A stretch of 64,000 nt of DNA from Geosiphon pyriformis uo1 (lineage: Eukaryota; Fungi; Glomeromycota), in assembly GCA_016748015.1 (NCBI GenBank), contig JAAOMT010000436.1, positions 300,703 through 364,702 of the forward strand, in the 5' to 3' direction. This document shows, piece by piece, positions 61,885-64,000 of this stretch. The first letter of the stretch is position 1, and each line of letters opens with the position of its first letter. The translations under genes were made by a program, and so were the position numbers. The notes beneath the pieces were generated by a model. That model was given only the letters and a program-made list of their open reading frames with translations, was not told the DNA's origin and ran no database searches.

Positions 61885-63137
61885 ATGTCGAATTCTAACC
61901 GGCAACCTCAAACGGACTCGTCTGCTTCAGCAACAAACCCAAATTTAAGGACTATACAAGTCAAGCTGGTACTTTTAGGTATTTATTTGTCCCTGGAACA
62001 CTTTCTTGCATTTTTGTTTCGGTTTCTCCCTTTCATCAAATCTTCCCATTGCATCGGAGAATGGTTTTTGAGATTTGACGTTTTCTTTTATCAAAAGCTT
62101 CATTCTCGCCTGTTTTTCACCTTCTTTTTAGGTGAAGCTGCTGTTGGTAAATCCAGTTTGGTACTGAGATTTGTGAATAACGAGTTTCAAGACAATAAAG
62201 AGCCTACTATCGGCGGTAAGCTCATAAATTTTTTACAACAAACTTATTTGTGCTGGAATAATTTGTTGAATTAAAATTTTATCAAACATTTGATCTATCC
62301 TATGATGAGCTAATTACTACATGGCTCTTGTCTTTTTTGATGAAAATTCTAGCTGCCTTTTTGACGCGGAAAACCCGGTCTGACGAAAAATGGGTCAAGT
62401 TCGAGATTTGGGATACTGCTGGCCAAGAAAGATTTCACTCTTTGGCTCCAATGTACTATCGTAATGCCCAAGCGGCCGTGGTGGTTTATGATGTCACAAA
62501 AGCCGTAAGTATTTATAGACCCATGATTGAGATGGTCCTTCTCAACTATAATTACGCCAATTTAATGATTAGTGCATTATATAAATGACATTTCTGACAA
62601 TTATCCTGCGTCTTAATCATTTTAACTAACATAAATAGTAATTTTTATCAAAATATATGTAGGCATCTCTTGAAAAGGCTAAATCTTGGGTAAAGGAGCT
62701 TCAACGTCAAGCGAATCCTAATATTGTTATCGCTCTCGCTGGAAATAAAGTAGATCTTGTCCAAACTGTCCAGGAAGGTGAGGAAGAATCTATGGAGAGC
62801 GGAAGACAAGTCCCAACTGAGGAAGCCAAAGCTTACGCCAATGAGGCTGGCTTGTTGTTCTTTGAAACAAGTGCGAAAAGAGGGGATGGTGTTGATTTGG
62901 TATTTTCAGAAATCGGTATGGTTATTCTCATTTCGTTTCGGAGATTCTTTCCAAACATTTTGCAAAATCTATATTCATATTCATCTAATTTTAGCCAAGA
63001 AAATTCCTTTGGAACATATTCTCTCCAATATGCGATCCGCACGTTCAGGTGGTCCAGGTCTCTCCAGACCCGTAAACTTGACTCAATCGCAGGGACTAGG
63101 ACCGAATGGCAGAGATCCAGGCAATTGCAATTGTTAA
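61885..63137 (+). CDS. RAB5: Rab5-family small GTPase (Vps21/Ypt51-like); exons 61885-61978, 62132-62215, 62353-62504, 62663-62915, 62995-63137
   Basis: [15 protein letters not shown] effector, [28 protein letters not shown]-terminal CNC; all introns GT-AG and in phase. Confidence 0.96.
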
Positions 63138-64000
63138 CTCAATCATTTCGAGTAAATCAATTTCAGTATTTTTTCTTCCTTTTTTCTTTTTATAATCAGA
63201 ACAGAAATTTGAAAAATTACTCTATGAATTATATTAGCTTGTGGATTTATACTCTCTTATTTCACTATATATTTTTTATTGTTCTTTCTCCCTTATAAGT
63301 CGGTTTTTTGGGAATAATTTATTTTTTGAGTTTATTACCCAAGTATCCCTATATGTATAGATGTTGGGGAATGTTTCGGGCGATTGAGTGAGGAGTATAT
63401 TTTTGTCCCTCATTCGACGTCTTTGGTTCGATTTATTTTATATTTAGATTGAAATTGGTTTCTAGTTGTTGGGGAAAATGATGATAATAATTTTCCAGCA
63501 AATGGTCTTGTCCGAATTTTTCTTGTTTCACCACCACGCACCTCCTTTTTTAACTAGTTGTATTTTTTCATAAACTTTTTTTCATATATGCTTTCTTTTA
63601 TGAAATGTTCGAAGGGAAATTATTGGTGCTCCCTGAAAAAAATCCGGAAACGCAATCTTATTCTTACATGTGCTATCCAGGACTTCCCGAAAGAATTGAA
63701 CATTATCCCTTTCATTCTTCACCTCTATTAATACCACCAGTGGCATTAATATTATGTACAAGTGTAAATAAAGAAATTCGATTTTTATTTTCAGTATAGT
63801 ATTATGAGGTTGAGGGTTGGATAATTTTTGTGAGTTACGAGCCTATGCAAAAATGTTTAGAATCAAGGAATGCATGGATTTGACATGATGCTACAGTATT
63901 TTTTTGAACTACACAGAAAAAGTCTTATAAACCTATTGACGAAAATGATTATCTTATTTATCGTTATGGAACGGGCCTTTTTGCACAATTAGTAATATTC

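Noticed and set aside
63624-63635. 12-nt exact match to the PBS (TGGTGCTCCCTG)
   Set aside because: No adjacent LTR end and no tRNA T-arm on the minus strand; treated as chance
63605-63799. 64-aa ORF as a gene
   Set aside because: No recognisable motif or splice structure; cannot be supported

Overview
Eukaryotic, intron-containing, AT-rich fungal DNA. The TE repertoire and gene style resemble Glomeromycotina such as Geosiphon; this is an impression, not a database result. Bases 1-56,700 are a deeply nested, mutationally decayed transposon island. It holds four Ty3/Gypsy LTR families (called A-D here), solo LTRs, a full-length RNase H-containing LINE, an ORF1-only LINE derivative and near-GC-free 'ghost' copies. 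Bases ~57,000-64,000 retain CpG and hold host genes: a single-pass Ser/Thr-rich membrane protein and a 5-exon Rab5/Vps21-type GTPase. The most unusual signal is the Gypsy architecture. Families A and B both end RNase H with a stop, encode integrase as a separate ATG-initiated ORF after a short G-poor spacer, and carry a ~210-220 aa non-Env ORF3 before the PPT. Families B and C add a multi-CxxC domain and a dUTPase after the protease, apparently start Gag at GUG, and (with D) sit in 4-bp target sites that look CpG-centred. All TE ORFs are pseudogenised by C>T/G>A transitions. Everything was read by eye; no alignments or searches were run.
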